DNA of 64,000 bases, from NCBI RefSeq assembly GCF_035084215.1, contig NC_090367.1:5642001-5706000 (forward strand). The letters are read 5' to 3'. Within the stretch, counting starts at the first letter, position 1. Each line of letters begins with the position of its first letter. Of the stretch, positions 37,206-50,083 are shown one piece after another. Made by a program: the position numbers and the translations under genes. This DNA comes from Heptranchias perlo. Taxonomy: Eukaryota. The notes below the pieces were generated by a model. The model saw nothing but the letters and a program-made list of their open reading frames with translations. It ran no database searches and was not told where the DNA came from.

Positions 37206-38801
37206 AAATCAGCACAGACTGATCAAATCCTGGTGCTTCCTGGTCTGCATGGCTCAGTGATGCAATTTGCTCACTGAGTCATAGAGTGGAGTGAGTGGGT
37301 GTTCCTGGTACTGCAGTGATGTGCAATGGCCTTGGGGGTTTAACCTCAATTTTCAACGTCACCATAGACCCAAGTGAAGGGACAAGGCAACAAGTGCCAG
37401 GACCACCACCGTTCAGTGGAGCAGGAGAGATCAAGTGGTTAGGTGACACCAAGCTTGGGTTTTAAAAGCCATCAAATGTAAGAGGAAGGCGAGGGGGTCC
37501 TGCAGCTTGAGATTTTGGGAAAGAATGAGTTTAGAGCAGGAGAAGCTGCGATGAGGAGGGAGGAAGAGCATGTGGGACAATGTTCATGGTGATTAGGAGC
37601 GCTGACCATAACAGTATCAGAGAGGGTAAAGAGGGGGAGAGAGAGAGAGAGACACACACAGGGACAGAGAGACAGTCAGAGAAAGTGAGAGAGGGAAGGG
37701 GGGGAAAAAGAGAGAGAGACAGAAAAGGAGAGACAGGAGAGAGATGGGTAAACGCACCTTTAGATTTATCATTCTATCATACAGACCAAGGAGGTCCCAG
37801 GTTAAAATGGAGTTTGCTGGTCTCAGCTAATGGCGGCAAAAGGTGCTACAGTTGGTCTCAGTGCCCCTCCAGTAACCTCCGCTGGGAAATGCAGCGGGCA
37901 GGCGAGGCTGCAATGGGCCCACTCGAGCCAGTATCCAGCCGGCACTCACTGTTTGGACTGGCCTGTCTGTGCAAATCGGGCGAGGTGCTAGCACGTGGCA
38001 CTGTACTCCAGCCAGGAGTCAGCACCTGCACATGAGAGGGGACAACCAGGGGGTTAAAAGAAACCCTTTCTCGTACAGTGGGGCTCACAGGGCACTCAGG
38101 CTCAGTTCCCTAAAAAAGATGAGAGTCCCCGAGAGTGAATCCAATCCACAAATTCCAGCATTCAGCTGCAGTTAAGAATCGTACACAGATTTTGTTTTGT
38201 TAAAACGCAAAAGGAAAAGGATTTTATTAGAGATTCATAAATACAAAGAATCAGAAAACACAAAAAAAAATCTTTCGAAGGCATGAATTGCAATATATAT
38301 ATTCTCTTAATAAACTTTATTAGATTTACTGAGGTTGCTGTTAACCTTTTAAGACTGTCACCGACCTTCCATTTAATCAGAGACTAAAGATGAATGGATT
38401 TGAAAAATCATTTTTTCTGGCTCTGTTTACTGTTTGGCAGCCTGTGTGTCAGAAGGCCCTGGGCTGGGCCTGGGGTTTCGGTCAGTGACCCAGGCCGTGT
38501 CGACACTGCAGTGCAGGACCGAGGGAGTGCTGCATTGTCTGAAGTACTTTGGGTGAGACATTAAACAGGAAGCCCCCCCCCCTCGAAGAGAGGGCGACAC
38601 GTTCTCCCTCAACCGACATCACTCAAAAACAAAACCAAAAGTAACTGGTCATTTATCTCACGGCCATTCGCAAAACGGCTGCTGTGCCTTCCTCTTAGAC
38701 TTCAAAGTGATTTGTTGTGCATGAAGCAGGTTTGAGATGTTTTCAGAGGAACGTAATAAGGCAATATAATTGCAAGGCCTTCTTGTTTTATTTCCTTGTA
38801 G

Positions 38802-38901
38802 ATGTCGCATGTGATTAGTTTTTACTGGGCTTTGTTGGGAGCAATTTACTCTCTGCAGAGTGGAGTCAAGTACCTGTGCCTTTTTGCTATATTCTCGGCG
38901 G
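38802..38901 (+). CDS. TMEM262: TMEM262 coding exon 2
   Basis: tttccttgtag|MSHVISFYWALLGAIYSLQSGVKYLCLFAIFSA G|gtaagt; matches recalled human [33 protein letters not shown]. Confidence 0.87.
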
Positions 38902-39640
38902 GTAAGTGTTGGGCTGCCGCTGTGCCAGAGAAGCCCGTTGGTTGAATTGTTGCAAGTCTCCGCTCCTCCTCCTCCTCCTCCTCCTCCATGGGCACCGGCT
39001 GCCCTCTGGTGCTGCACCCGCTCTTCAAATGGGAGTCCAGACAGTGAGGGTCTGAAGGCTGACACACCGAGGGGGGCAACTGAAGCAGGCACACAGCTGC
39101 GCTTTTAAATCGGGGAGGTGTCCTATCAATCGAGTGGGGGGTGATGCAGTGGCTGGTATCTCTCTCTCTGCCCCCTCGCCCTCCGAAGACTAGGGGCACT
39201 GAGGCCAACCATACTGTCCTAAATGCTGCTCCAGCTGGGCTGAGTTAATTCAGCACAGACCAGGGACCGTATGGCTCAGTACCACATCAGTCTGGGGGAG
39301 GAAGTAATTATTCAATGGGGAATAGATTTAAACTTCCACAAATTCTCTGTGGAGCTCAAACCTGGAAATCAGGGCAGTGTTGAGTACAGGGTTTTATACG
39401 AGATGTAGTAAATTCAGTCCTCTGACAAGGAACAGTTTACCTGGTTATCGGTATTCCCTTTTAGTTTAACCACAGGCCCACACGCTGAAGGCTTGAATAG
39501 AAAAAAGATGATTGCCGAAGATTGGAAACAATACTGGTGGAAATGCACAGGTCAGTGGGCCTGAGAGAGGGAGTGGGAGCATAAAGGTTACACAGAGCAG
39601 CCCGAGTGCACTCAGACACAGCCTGCACTCCATACACCCT

Positions 39641-41132
39641 GACACCAGACCGCGCCCCCCGACACCAGACCGCGCCCCCCGACACCAGACCGCGCCCCCC
39701 GACACCAGACCGCGCCCCCCGACACCAGACCGCGCCCCCCGACACCAGACCGCGCCCCCCGACACCAGACCGCGCCCCCCCGACACCAGACCGCGCCCCC
39801 CGACACCAGACCGCGCCCCCCCGACACCAGACCGCGCCCCCCGACACCAGACCGCGCCCCCCGACACCAGACCGCGCCCCCCGACACCAGACCGCGCCCC
39901 CCCGACACCAGACCGCGCCCCCCCGACACCAGACCGCGCCCCCCCGACACCAGACCGCGCCCCCCCGACACCAGACCGCGCCCCCCCGACACCAGACCGC
40001 GCCCCCCCGACACCAGACCGCGCCCCCCCGACACCAGACCGCGCCCCCCCGACACCAGACCGCGCCCCCCCGACACCAGACCGCGCCCCCCCGACACCAG
40101 ACCGCGCCCCCCCGACACCAGACCGCGCCCCCCCGACACCAGACCGCGCCCCCCCGACACCAGACCGCGCCCCCCCGACACCAGACCGCGCCCCCCCGAC
40201 ACCAGACCGCGCCCCCCCGACACCAGACCGCGCCCCCCCGACACCAGACCGCGCCCCCCCGACACCAGACCGCGCCCCCCCGACACCAGACCGCGCCCCC
40301 CCGACACCAGACCGCGCCCCCCCGACACCAGACCGCGCCCCCCCGACACCAGACCGCGCCCCCCCGACACCAGACCGCGCCCCCCCGACACCAGACCGCG
40401 CCCCCCCGACACCAGACCGCGCCCCCCCGACACCAGACCGCGCCCCCCCGACACCAGACCGCGCCCCCCCGACACCAGACCGCGCCCCCCCGACACCAGA
40501 CCGCGCCCCCCCGACACCAGACCGCGCCCCCCCGACACCAGACCGCGCCCCCCCGACACCAGACCGCGCCCCCCCGACACCAGACCGCGCCCCCCCGACA
40601 CCAGACCGCGCCCCCCCGACACCAGACCGCGCCCCCCCGACACCAGACCGCGCCCCCCCGACACCAGACCGCGCCCCCCCGACACCAGACCGCGCCCCCC
40701 CGACACCAGACCGCGCCCCCCCGACACCAGACCGCGCCCCCCCGACACCAGACCGCGCCCCCCCGACACCAGACCGCGCCCCCCCGACACCAGACCGCGC
40801 CCCCCCGACACCAGACCGCGCCCCCCCGACACCAGACCGCGCCCCCCCGACACCAGACCGCGCCCCCCCGACACCAGACCGCGCCCCCCCGACACCAGAC
40901 CGCGCCCCCCCGACACCAGACCGCGCCCCCCCGACACCAGACCGCGCCCCCCCGACACCAGACCGCGCCCCCCCCGACACCAGACCGCGCCCCCCCGACA
41001 CCAGACCGCGCCCCCCCGACACCAGACCGCGCCCCCCCGACACCAGACCGCGCCCCCCCGACACCAGACCGCGCCCCCCCGACACCAGACCGCGCCCCCC
41101 CGACACCAGACCGCGCCCCCCCGACACCAGAC
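39641..41132. repeat. 20-21-bp GC/CpG-rich tandem repeat (~71 units) in TMEM262 intron 2
   Basis: Unit GACACCAGACCGCGC6-7, nearly invariant. Confidence 0.98.
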
Positions 41133-41520
41133 TGCGCAGCACTGTGCTATACTGTGCCACACCATACATCACCATACCTTACCATACTGCAGCATGCCAT
41201 AACACATGGCGGCATACTATAACCACACAGTGGCATATTCTATCATACTACACTACACCATATAGCAGCATCCGTACATACATCCACCATACCATAAAAT
41301 ACAATTGAGCCATACTATAAAGCAGCCTATTTTACCATGCCACAGCAACATACAATACCACACAGCAGTACAGCGTGCCATATCAAACCATAACATACCA
41401 CACCACACATCAGCATACCATAAAGTATAGCACCATACCGTACCACAGATTAATATACCACAGAGCAGCACACCGTGCTGTTCAGCACCATACGGCACTG
41501 TATGGCTATACCATACTCCG
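41133..41520. repeat. Degenerate 5-bp (CATAC/CACAC/CACAG) simple repeat
   Basis: Period-5 pattern CCATA/CCACA/GCATA. Confidence 0.65.
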
Positions 41521-42209
41521 CAGCACCAGTTTCAGGTGGCACCTGCTCAGCCCCTTAACACCATGCAATTTCCACCCGTTGCCGATCTCTGCAACTAGGC
41601 GCCAGGCAGAAAACCAGGCTGGCAACTGCCGCGCCAGCCCGTGGTAAGGGCGTCGCCACTGGAACAAGGCAGTTCAGGCCCTACGCGGTCTGGTTTCTAA
41701 CCGCAGCCGGTGGTCCGAGAGAGAGACTGACAGGGGGTCTCACCTGAAACGTGAACCCGCCTGATCGCCGCTGGGTGCTGAGTGACCTGCTGCGCATTCC
41801 CAATGCAGACCCCCCCCCCCCCGCCCCCAATACAGATAATCTCCTCCCTTCTGCCCCACACTGTCTTGCAATACGTCCAATACCAGGTCAGGGGGGGGGG
41901 GGGGGGGGGAAAGAGATGATGTACACCATCCAGATTTACAGCAACACTCAATGGTGCTAGGAGAAAGATTTCTTTATGCGGGGGGTTTGTTAGGACGTGG
42001 AAATAGTGGAGGCAAAGCAGAATCAATAACAGTTTTTGAAAAGGGAAGTGGATAAATGGTTGAAAAGCAGCGAATAAGTGGATAAGCTCTTTCAAAGAGC
42101 TGGCACAGGCGCGATGGGCCGAACGGCCTCCGGTGCTGTAAAATTCTGGGAAGCTGCTCCCCAGTTGGAAGTTATCCCCTAACCCCCCCTGGCCCTTCTT
42201 TCTTTTCAG

Positions 42210-42286
42210 TTCTGAACTTCTGCGCCTTTGTGGGTAGGACCTGGTTCGAGTTTGTCATCATCCAGTTCAGGGAAGAGATCTATTGA
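42210..42286 (+). CDS. TMEM262: TMEM262 coding exon 3 with stop
   Basis: tcttttcag|(V)LNFCAFVGRTWFEFVIIQFREEIY*; matches recalled human [25 protein letters not shown]; exons total 420 nt = 139 aa. Confidence 0.87.
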
Positions 42287-42538
42287 TCCAGGTCTTTGAA
42301 CCGGAGCGGGAATCTGGCCGAGCGGCAGCGACTGCAGAGACACCCCCCCCCCCCCCCCATACTACTCCGACCCCGCACCCCCTCCAGCACCCCCCCACCC
42401 CCGGCCATTTCCTTCCCCCCCAGGCATCTGTGACTTGTGTCATCAGCAAAGCACATCTGCATTGGTGCATGTCCTGTGTAGCAAGAAGCAACTTGTACAA
42501 GTGATCCAACCGATTAAGGATTATTAAACTGCAGCTTC

Positions 42539-42544
42539 AATAAA
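42539..42544 (+). terminator. Likely TMEM262 polyadenylation signal
   Basis: AATAAA ~250 nt after the stop, followed by U-rich sequence. Confidence 0.65.
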
Positions 42545-43472
42545 GTGCAATATTTTTGATATCTCTAAAACGTCTCTCGCTGTAGTTATTTTACAGTCAT
42601 TTTCACCCTCTGTCACTTTTTTTCCGCCCGTCTTTACGGAAAGTGGTCACGTCTTTGGGGGTGGGGGAGGGAAAGGGGGCAGTGTGGTGGCCCCCACCTC
42701 GCCCCAGTGTCCATATTCCATGCAAGAGCTTGGGCGAGTGCTAGGCTGTTCGACAACATGGGGCATCACAGTGGTTCGCCCAGTCCGGCCCTCACCCACT
42801 CTCCAGCAGTGATCCGGGGTGGGGGGGCGGGGGGAAGCCCTGGTCGCTACACCGAGACACAAACTGTCCCTCCCAGGCACAGCGACATCAGTTAATTCAG
42901 CCACAGACCTGGGAGGGAGGCGGAGGAGAGAGAGGGGGTGGGGGTCGAGGGAGATGAGACCATGAACCTTTCTGGTTGTGTGCCGGGCTCGGCCCAGAGT
43001 TCACCAGCTGAGCCACATTAGGGGGCGTCTTTTATAGTTATGTTCAGAGCATACATTCCTCAGTGTATGGAATTGAAAGGGGAGGGGTTGAAAGCCCCTA
43101 AACCTATCGGCAGACGTATATTTATACACATTATTTACAGCCATTAAACCTGGATTTGAAATGTTCTCTTAAAGGGCCAGGCCCTTGAAATTACCCTGTG
43201 CGAATATCAGCGTGCGACCCTCCAAACCCCTGGGACCTGTGGGGTTTTACGCCACCCCCGCAAGCAAAGGGGCTTCGTACAAACAGGTGGGGAGGCCGCC
43301 TACTGATCTTTGCACCTCATAATTTCACGGCTCCAACTCCTTTCTGAAGATACTCGCAGGAGTCACGGTCCCCCCTCCCCTCTCTCTCTCGCACTTGACT
43401 CCGACTCCCCTCCTTCCAGCGGATCACGAGCTGGCTCCGGGAGCGAGCGGATTTCCCGGTTTGCTCCCAGTC

Positions 43473-43662
43473 CTATTCCGCTCCCACTTGGATGTGCGGG
43501 TTCTGCATGACGTCCCAGTTGGGGTCGTTCTCCACCGACGCCCTCCCCAGCTTGGACATGACGACGACCAGGGTCAGGAAGCCCAGGATTCCGACGATCA
43601 GGATGACGAGGAGTCTCTGGAACCTCGAGAGCGGCTGCTTCTTCTTCGATCCGGTGGCGTTC
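43473..43662 (-). CDS. ZFPL1: ZFPL1 last coding exon (TM helix, stop)
   Basis: ggcag|(K)[62 protein letters not shown]. Confidence 0.93.
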
Positions 43663-43729
43663 CTGCCGAGAGCAGTGGAGAAAAGGTTCAGGATACGGTC
43701 CTGCTAGGGGGGCCGACCCGCGAGTTTAG

Positions 43730-44150
43730 AAACATAGGAGCAGGAGGAGGCCATTCAGCCCCTCGAGCCTGTTCCGTCATTCAATTAGATCATGGCTGAT
43801 CTGTATTTTAACTCCATCTATCTGCCTTGGTTCCATAATCCTTAGCCACTTTGGTTTGGTTCCATATCCCTTAATATCCGTACCCAACAAAAATCTATCA
43901 ATCTCAGTTTTGAAATTTTCAACAGCCTTTTGGGGGAAGAGAGTTCCAGATTTTCCACTCCCCTTTGTGTGAAGAAGTGCTTCCTGACATCACCCCTGAA
44001 CGGCCGAGCTCTAATTTTAAGATTAGGCCCCCTTGTTCTGGACTCCCTCCCACCAGAGGAAATAGTTTCTCTCTATCGACCCTAACGAATCCTTTAATCA
44101 TTTTAAACACCTCGATTAGATCACCCCTTAATCTCCTATACTCAAGGGAG
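43730..44150 (-). mobile_element. CR1 LINE 3' fragment
   Basis: VFKMIKGFVRVDREKLFPLVG motif and CR1 tail. Confidence 0.8.
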
Positions 44151-44631
44151 GGAATCTGGGAGCTGAGTGGCGTTGCTGATTGTCTCCCTGCTGTGTTATA
44201 TTGGCAGTGGCCGGAAAATCAAACCAAAGTCAAGACCAATGACCCTCGATCCTCCCCGGCTTGGTGGAGGAATGCACCTCGCAGTGCAGTACTGAGCAGC
44301 ACAAAGCCAGGAAAGTCCCAGGTGGCATGCGATCGGAGTAATCTTGCGAGCTGGTGAGGATGCTGGAGCTGGCATCAGCACTCCTGGGGATAGGGGGAAG
44401 AAAACAAGTTTTCGGTTCCTGGTTGTTATCCAGTGATGCCCTCCACAGTCGAACAGCCTTCCACTCATTCCACCGACTTGAGCTCCTAATCTAGGCGGTC
44501 ACTTCAGTGCAGTACTGAGGGAGTGCTGCACTGTCAGAGGTGCCATTCTTTGGATCGGACATTAAACTGAATGTTATTGTTTGGATTCTTCTCCTCCCCA
44601 CACCTACATATATCCTATCCGAGGCACACTA

Positions 44632-45205
44632 CCTGGGCAGAGGGAGCTTTACTCTCCACCTAACCTAACCCATGCTGTACCTGCCCTGGGAGTGTTTGAT
44701 GGGACAGTGTAGAGGGAGCTTTACTCTGTATCTAACCCATGCTGTACCTGCCCTGTGAGTGTTTGATGGGACAGTGTAGAGGGAGCTTTACTCTATATCT
44801 AACCCTGTACCTGCCCTGGGAGTGTTTGACGGGACAGTGTAGAGGGAGCTTTACTCTGTATCTAACCCGTGCTGTACCTTGTCTGGGAGTATTTGATGGG
44901 ACAGTGTAGAGGGAGCTTTACTCTATATCTAACCCTGTACCTGCCCTGGGAGTGTTTGACGGGACAGTGTAGAGGGAGCTTTACTCTGTATCTAACCCGT
45001 GCTGTACCTTGTCTGGGAGTATTTGATGGGACAGTGTAGAGGGAGTTTTACTCTGTATCTAACCCTGTACCTGCCCTGGGAGTGTTTGATGGGACAGTGT
45101 AGAGGGAGCTTTACTCTATATCTAACCCTGTACCTGCCCTGGGAGTGTTTGACGGGACAGTGTAGAGGGAGCTTTACTCTGTATCTAACCCGTGCTGTAC
45201 CTGCC
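44632..45205 (-). repeat. ~63-67-bp minisatellite (about 9 units), same family as 23049-23415
   Basis: TGTACCTGCCCTGGGAGTGTTTGATGGGACAGTGTAGAGGGAGCTTTACTCTGTATCTAACCC. Confidence 0.93.
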
Positions 45206-45229
45206 CCCGTGCCCAGCCCCTGTGCTTAC

Positions 45230-45371
45230 TTGAACCATCGTGCAAACCAGCTGAGTGCCGGGCGCCGCCGGTACTTGTCGTCGTCGAAGTCGATCTGTGT
45301 AACGGATGGTTTTGCCGTATCACGCGTGATGGTATCGTAAACCTTTCGGGGAGAGGACGCCAGGGCATTTC
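45230..45371 (-). CDS. ZFPL1: ZFPL1 coding exon 6
   Basis: 142 bp; [13 protein letters not shown]...[20 protein letters not shown]. Confidence 0.94.
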
Positions 45372-46288
45372 CTGAAAAAAAAGGTGGTGGGGGGCGAAAG
45401 GTCATTGAAAACTTGCTGAAAGTTAGAGCACGCGCGACTTGGCACGAGCCGTGAGTTTGGGGGGGGTGGGGTTTCCCCAGTGAGAGTTGCATTACCAGAC
45501 ACTGACGGGCAAACACTCTCAGGCTCGAGTGGCATCGAAATTAAACACTCAGGAGGAAAAATAACATGTAAACCCTCAAGACCCAGAGGCAGAAATCAGT
45601 GTTAGGCTCCCAGTGTCCCAGTTTGGTCAAAATGTACATTCGGAAATACTTTCACTCCTCTCCGCTTCTCTCCTGGAGGCACCGACTCCTGGTTTCCATG
45701 GGGACCAGCGCCTCTCCGCTCCTTTATTCAAATGGCCATCTTGGGCGTAGACACAAATGTTGGCAAGATATTCAACCGTGGAGGCATCTCGACCAATCCT
45801 GTCGGGGTGGACCCTACGTTGGTGCCCGAGCAACACAATTTGCCCTTAATGGGAGAAGGAGGCAGCGAAGATACTGGTTTCTGAGGGATAACAGATCACT
45901 TTCCCGAACGGAACCGCCCTGGCTTGTGAAAGGGTCGGTAAAGAATATGGCAAACGTGGAGGGACCGGGTATTGGCAGCGGTTCCAAAGTGCAGGACAGC
46001 AGCCGGTCTGTGCAGGTGTCCACAGCGGGTTCGGGCAATTGAGTTCCAGCAGATGGCCCATTTGCAGTGACCTGGGCAAGAGTGGCAATGTTTGCAGGAC
46101 CTGCTCCATTTGTCTACCCTTCACCTCCTGCTGAAGGGACTGACCCATGTTGAGGGGTGTACAGTAACCTGGGCATCAGCCGCCCTCATAACCTCACCCA
46201 GGGAGCAATGGTTAAGGTGAGCATCTTGGCAGCCTATTCGACCGCGGGCAGCATCACAAGCCGATCCTCTCCACACGCGCGGACTCAC

Positions 46289-46453
46289 CTGTACTTAGGG
46301 AGATGGACTCATTGCTCTGCACCATGTTCACCACAGAGTGACCCTCCTTCACTCTCCCGTTGTTTAAGTCCTTCCCGTAATCTTGCAGGGGCGCAAAGCC
46401 GCTGCTCGAGGCGTACGCCTGGGTCTGTGCGATGGAATCGTCCGAGTTGTGAA
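46289..46453 (-). CDS. ZFPL1: ZFPL1 coding exon 5
   Basis: 165 bp, ccacag|...G|gtgagt, phase 1-1; VHNSDDSIAQ...EGHSVVNMVQSNESISLST. Confidence 0.8.
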
Positions 46454-46945
46454 CTGTGGAGGGGAGAGAGGAGGCGGTTATCCTAGTGTGAGCTGTGTTA
46501 ACAGAGGGCTGGGGCATCATCGACGGACAGATATCCCAGTCTACTGAGTTAGGAGATGATAAGAGGGCTGATTAAAACATATTCACTAGACTTGAGGATC
46601 TGGGACTGTCCTCATTGTAGAGAAGACTGAGGCGGATATGATTGTGCTATTTACAGTAAGGTGCAGGGACAGATGGCGCTCAGGTCTGTTTGTATTGGCA
46701 CGAGGCAGCACAACAAGGGGACACGAGTAAAAAGCGTGAGGAGAAGTTGGATTCAGACGGAAAGTAAGGAGATTCATGGAGAGAACGGTTGGTTATTGGA
46801 AAGGAGGGAGGGTTAGAGGCATGTGGCTGAGATAACTTCAAGGCAACATTGGACAGGAACTTAAAGAGAGACACATCACCAGGTGCAATCACTAGGAAGG
46901 TGTGCGAGACAAACTGCGGATTTCCTATCTTACCAAGTAGCTTAC

Positions 46946-47021
46946 CAGTAAAGCTTGACCAATCCGTGTAGTCTGTGGCATCGTGAGAGTCCTGGTCCTG
47001 CGAAGGTTCCGTTTCTTCAAT
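46946..47021 (-). CDS. ZFPL1: ZFPL1 coding exon 4
   Basis: 76 bp; IEETEPSQDQDSHDATDYTDWSSFT, compare recalled human IDE...SDFSDWSSF. Confidence 0.9.
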
Positions 47022-47267
47022 CTGAACGAGGATGGAGTGGGAAAAAAAACCCAGAAAAAGCAGAAAATTTTAAGCTGAGCCCGAAGTGTGAAAGGCAGCT
47101 CTGTTCTGTGTACGCGCAGTGTGTGCGCGGTGTGTACGTGCAGTGTGTGTACAAAAGCTTTATACTACATATAAATTCTATATAAGCCCGTTCCTCTGGT
47201 CGCACCCCTGGCGGTGCGTCTGCCCGCCAGCCGAGACACGCAGTCGAATGAAGCGCGGACTCCTTAC

Positions 47268-47461
47268 CAGCGGGAGGCCAAGCCCGGCTCGTGCCCAATT
47301 CACTGTGGACAGCTTGTCTTTCAGGACGCTGGCCACCGGGCTGACCATGTTGGCCGGAGGAAAGATCGCGCCCTTGCAGCTCGGACACTGGTAGCCGGCC
47401 GGTGCGGTGTTCTTCGGCAGCTGAGCAGCCATCTCATTTAAACAAGACCAGTGGAAGAGGT
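47268..47461 (-). CDS. ZFPL1: ZFPL1 coding exon 3
   Basis: 194 bp; [29 protein letters not shown]...[11 protein letters not shown]. Confidence 0.96.
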
Positions 47462-49343
47462 CTGGGAAAAGGAGGAAACAAAATCAGGAATTAGAGCAGG
47501 AAAAGGCTAGACACGCCAGTGAGAGTGGACCATATATCAGGTAAAAGCACAGGGAGCCAGGGATGTCACCAGCACTACTAGTTTACTGGGTACACAATGT
47601 CACACTTTGTTGCACATACAAAGCAAGCTGCGCATTGAACCGCAGCCTGAAATTTACAAGCAATCTTTCCACTTACAAGAAGCTACAATTTAAACACTCT
47701 TTCTCTTCCTCCCTCCCCTGTACTTACGATGGGGGATGGGTCCATAGGTGCACATATATGTGTGTGTAAAAAAAGTGTGAAAGCCTGATACTCCATACAC
47801 AGACCTGATTCCTCAGGGAACTGATCGCACACAGTGCACCCTTGCACCTCAGAGAGTGCCCTTTATAATGGAAATTCGAGACTTCCCCCCCCCCCCCCCC
47901 CCCTCCTAATGGCACTGACTTATACTACGGCACGGCTCCACAGGTATCAGCGGCCCTCTGGAGGCTCACCCAAGGATCCCATTCTCACGTGTGAGCCCAG
48001 ATACTGATTCCCAACTTCCTATTCAACCACAGGGGGCATCACAGCAGCAGGAACCCTGGCTGATTCTCCCCCACTCAGTTCAAAGGTGCTTCCACCAGTG
48101 AGTCCAGACAGCGGGCAGCTATTCAACCAGGTCCATAGGTGCACACTGGGAACCTCTCCCGAATGGCCATTTTTCCGTGTGACTCTGGACTTGGCAAGAC
48201 GTTTGTCCAGGATGGCAGTGGTGGTGGTTGGGGGGGGGGGGTAGGGGTTGAGTGGCATCACAGCTGAGCCCTGATCTTGCTTTCACCCGACATCCAACCT
48301 GGCCTGTGCAGCAGGGGTCGCTGGATGGCAAACAGGAGGAGCATGGGCTGATTCTTCCCTCCCTAGCTCAAGGGGCCAATTGTAACCACATCACCTGCTA
48401 ATTTGGACACGATCAGCTTTCTCAGCACGGGACTTTCTGGTCAGTGTGGCTCGGCTATTCCCTGGATAGACTGGCCGAACAGTCAGCGAGGTCAGATAAG
48501 GGCCTCCTTCTTCAGCCCAACTTCTGCTTTCACTGTGTTCTCCCTCACCCACCCACAGCCAAGACACTTCAGAATGAGCCCTTAAAGCGAATGGGGCTGA
48601 AACAGTCCTACTATTCTACACAAGGAGTCCCTTGGATCACATAAAGCAGGTGTCTGACCTGCTCCGATTGGAGGCAGCCACAGGGTCGCCCTCGGTGAAC
48701 CTGGACCATATCAGATCAGTACTCTCTGATGCTCAGAGCGAAGCCATACCTGATCATGGACGGTCTACAGGCCTCTGCTGTCTAAGAGTAATCGCTTTCA
48801 GCTCCCAGGCAACTCAGTCCTATTTGCTGGTTAAATTTCATGGGCCTCGAGGTTTGGGAAGGGCTGTCGCCTCATTGATGAATAAATCCAAAATCAGAAC
48901 ACCCAGACCGGTTAGTATCAGCAACCTGTGGATTTAAACTTTCTTCGTCATCCCCGAGACTCCGCGGTACTCACCTGTGTGCCCCATGAAGATACCGCGA
49001 GGATATGCACTGGGTAGTGATGGGATGTGCACACACTGGGAAAACCAACGGCTGTGTGGGGAGAGCAGAAAGTGATTAAAACGCAGAGCCACACAGTGGC
49101 TTCAGGACTTGACGGACTGTGGCCTGACACAGTGACCAGTGCTGCAAGACCTGCATCGAGCACAACAGAGAACCTTCTGGGGATCCAATCATCCTCAATA
49201 CGGAGGGTGCGGACACATGGCGAACTCAAAAGGGAAACTGCACACTTGTGGTGGCTGGGTGAGAAATGGATCTGAATGGACAGAAGTTTCCCTTTACCTC
49301 CCACAGCACTATGCAACCCATAATTGGCCAGGACAACCCTTAC

Positions 49344-49455
49344 CGTAACAAACCAGCCGCACCGTGTCCTTGATTGCGAGTGGGACATTGCATAAGCGAC
49401 AGTTGGGATTATAATCGCTGTCTTGGAGCCACTGGAGGTACGACTGGACGATGCA
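49344..49455 (-). CDS. ZFPL1: ZFPL1 coding exon 2
   Basis: 112 bp; [37 protein letters not shown]. Confidence 0.96.
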
Positions 49456-50083
49456 CTGTGGGAGGAGACAGAGAGAAGCTACATTAATCACTGCAACTGC
49501 ACATCATTGTGGCTATTTTTCATCCTTTCCCCCACCACCACGCCCAATATTCTCCAGAAGCTCCAAATGTTTTACAATGTTAAAGGTGCAATGTTAAAGG
49601 TGCTATATAAATGCATCATCCTGGGATAGTGCCCCATGCTCATCCATGGAGAATCTACCCAACTCGCCATTCAGGTGTGAGCCTAGACTGAGGATGTTGG
49701 CTGGCTATTCAGTTATAGGGACTGTCAAGGCCAAACTTGATCCCGTCTTTAAGGGCATGGCGGTGTACTGATTCTGGACTTGAAACCTGGAGGTCGCGAG
49801 TTCAAATCCCACTATGGCAAGTTGAATCCATAGGTCAGAAAGCTGCAAGATTGTCATTAAAAACCCAACTAATGGCCTTCAGGGAATGGAGTCTGCTGCC
49901 CCTACCCAGTTTGATCTACTTGGGACTCCAGTCCCACCACTCCAAAGTCAAAGCATTTACCGCGAGACAACGAGGGATGGGCAATCAGTGCGGCCTTGCC
50001 AAAAACAAATAAAAGGGAAACCATCACCCGATGCCCAAAAGCGCATTAACCAGGAGGGAGTTGCTGGATAGCAATGGGGAGGG

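Noticed and set aside
39461-41308. 500-600 aa ORFs on both strands (PPTPDRA, GGARSGV repeats; mucin-like look)
   Set aside because: A 21-bp unit with no stop in any frame; no codon-position variation and no splice context
45599-46148. Overlapping 70-147 aa ORFs in ZFPL1 intron 5
   Set aside because: No recognisable domain; ZFPL1 exons 5 and 6 join in phase without them
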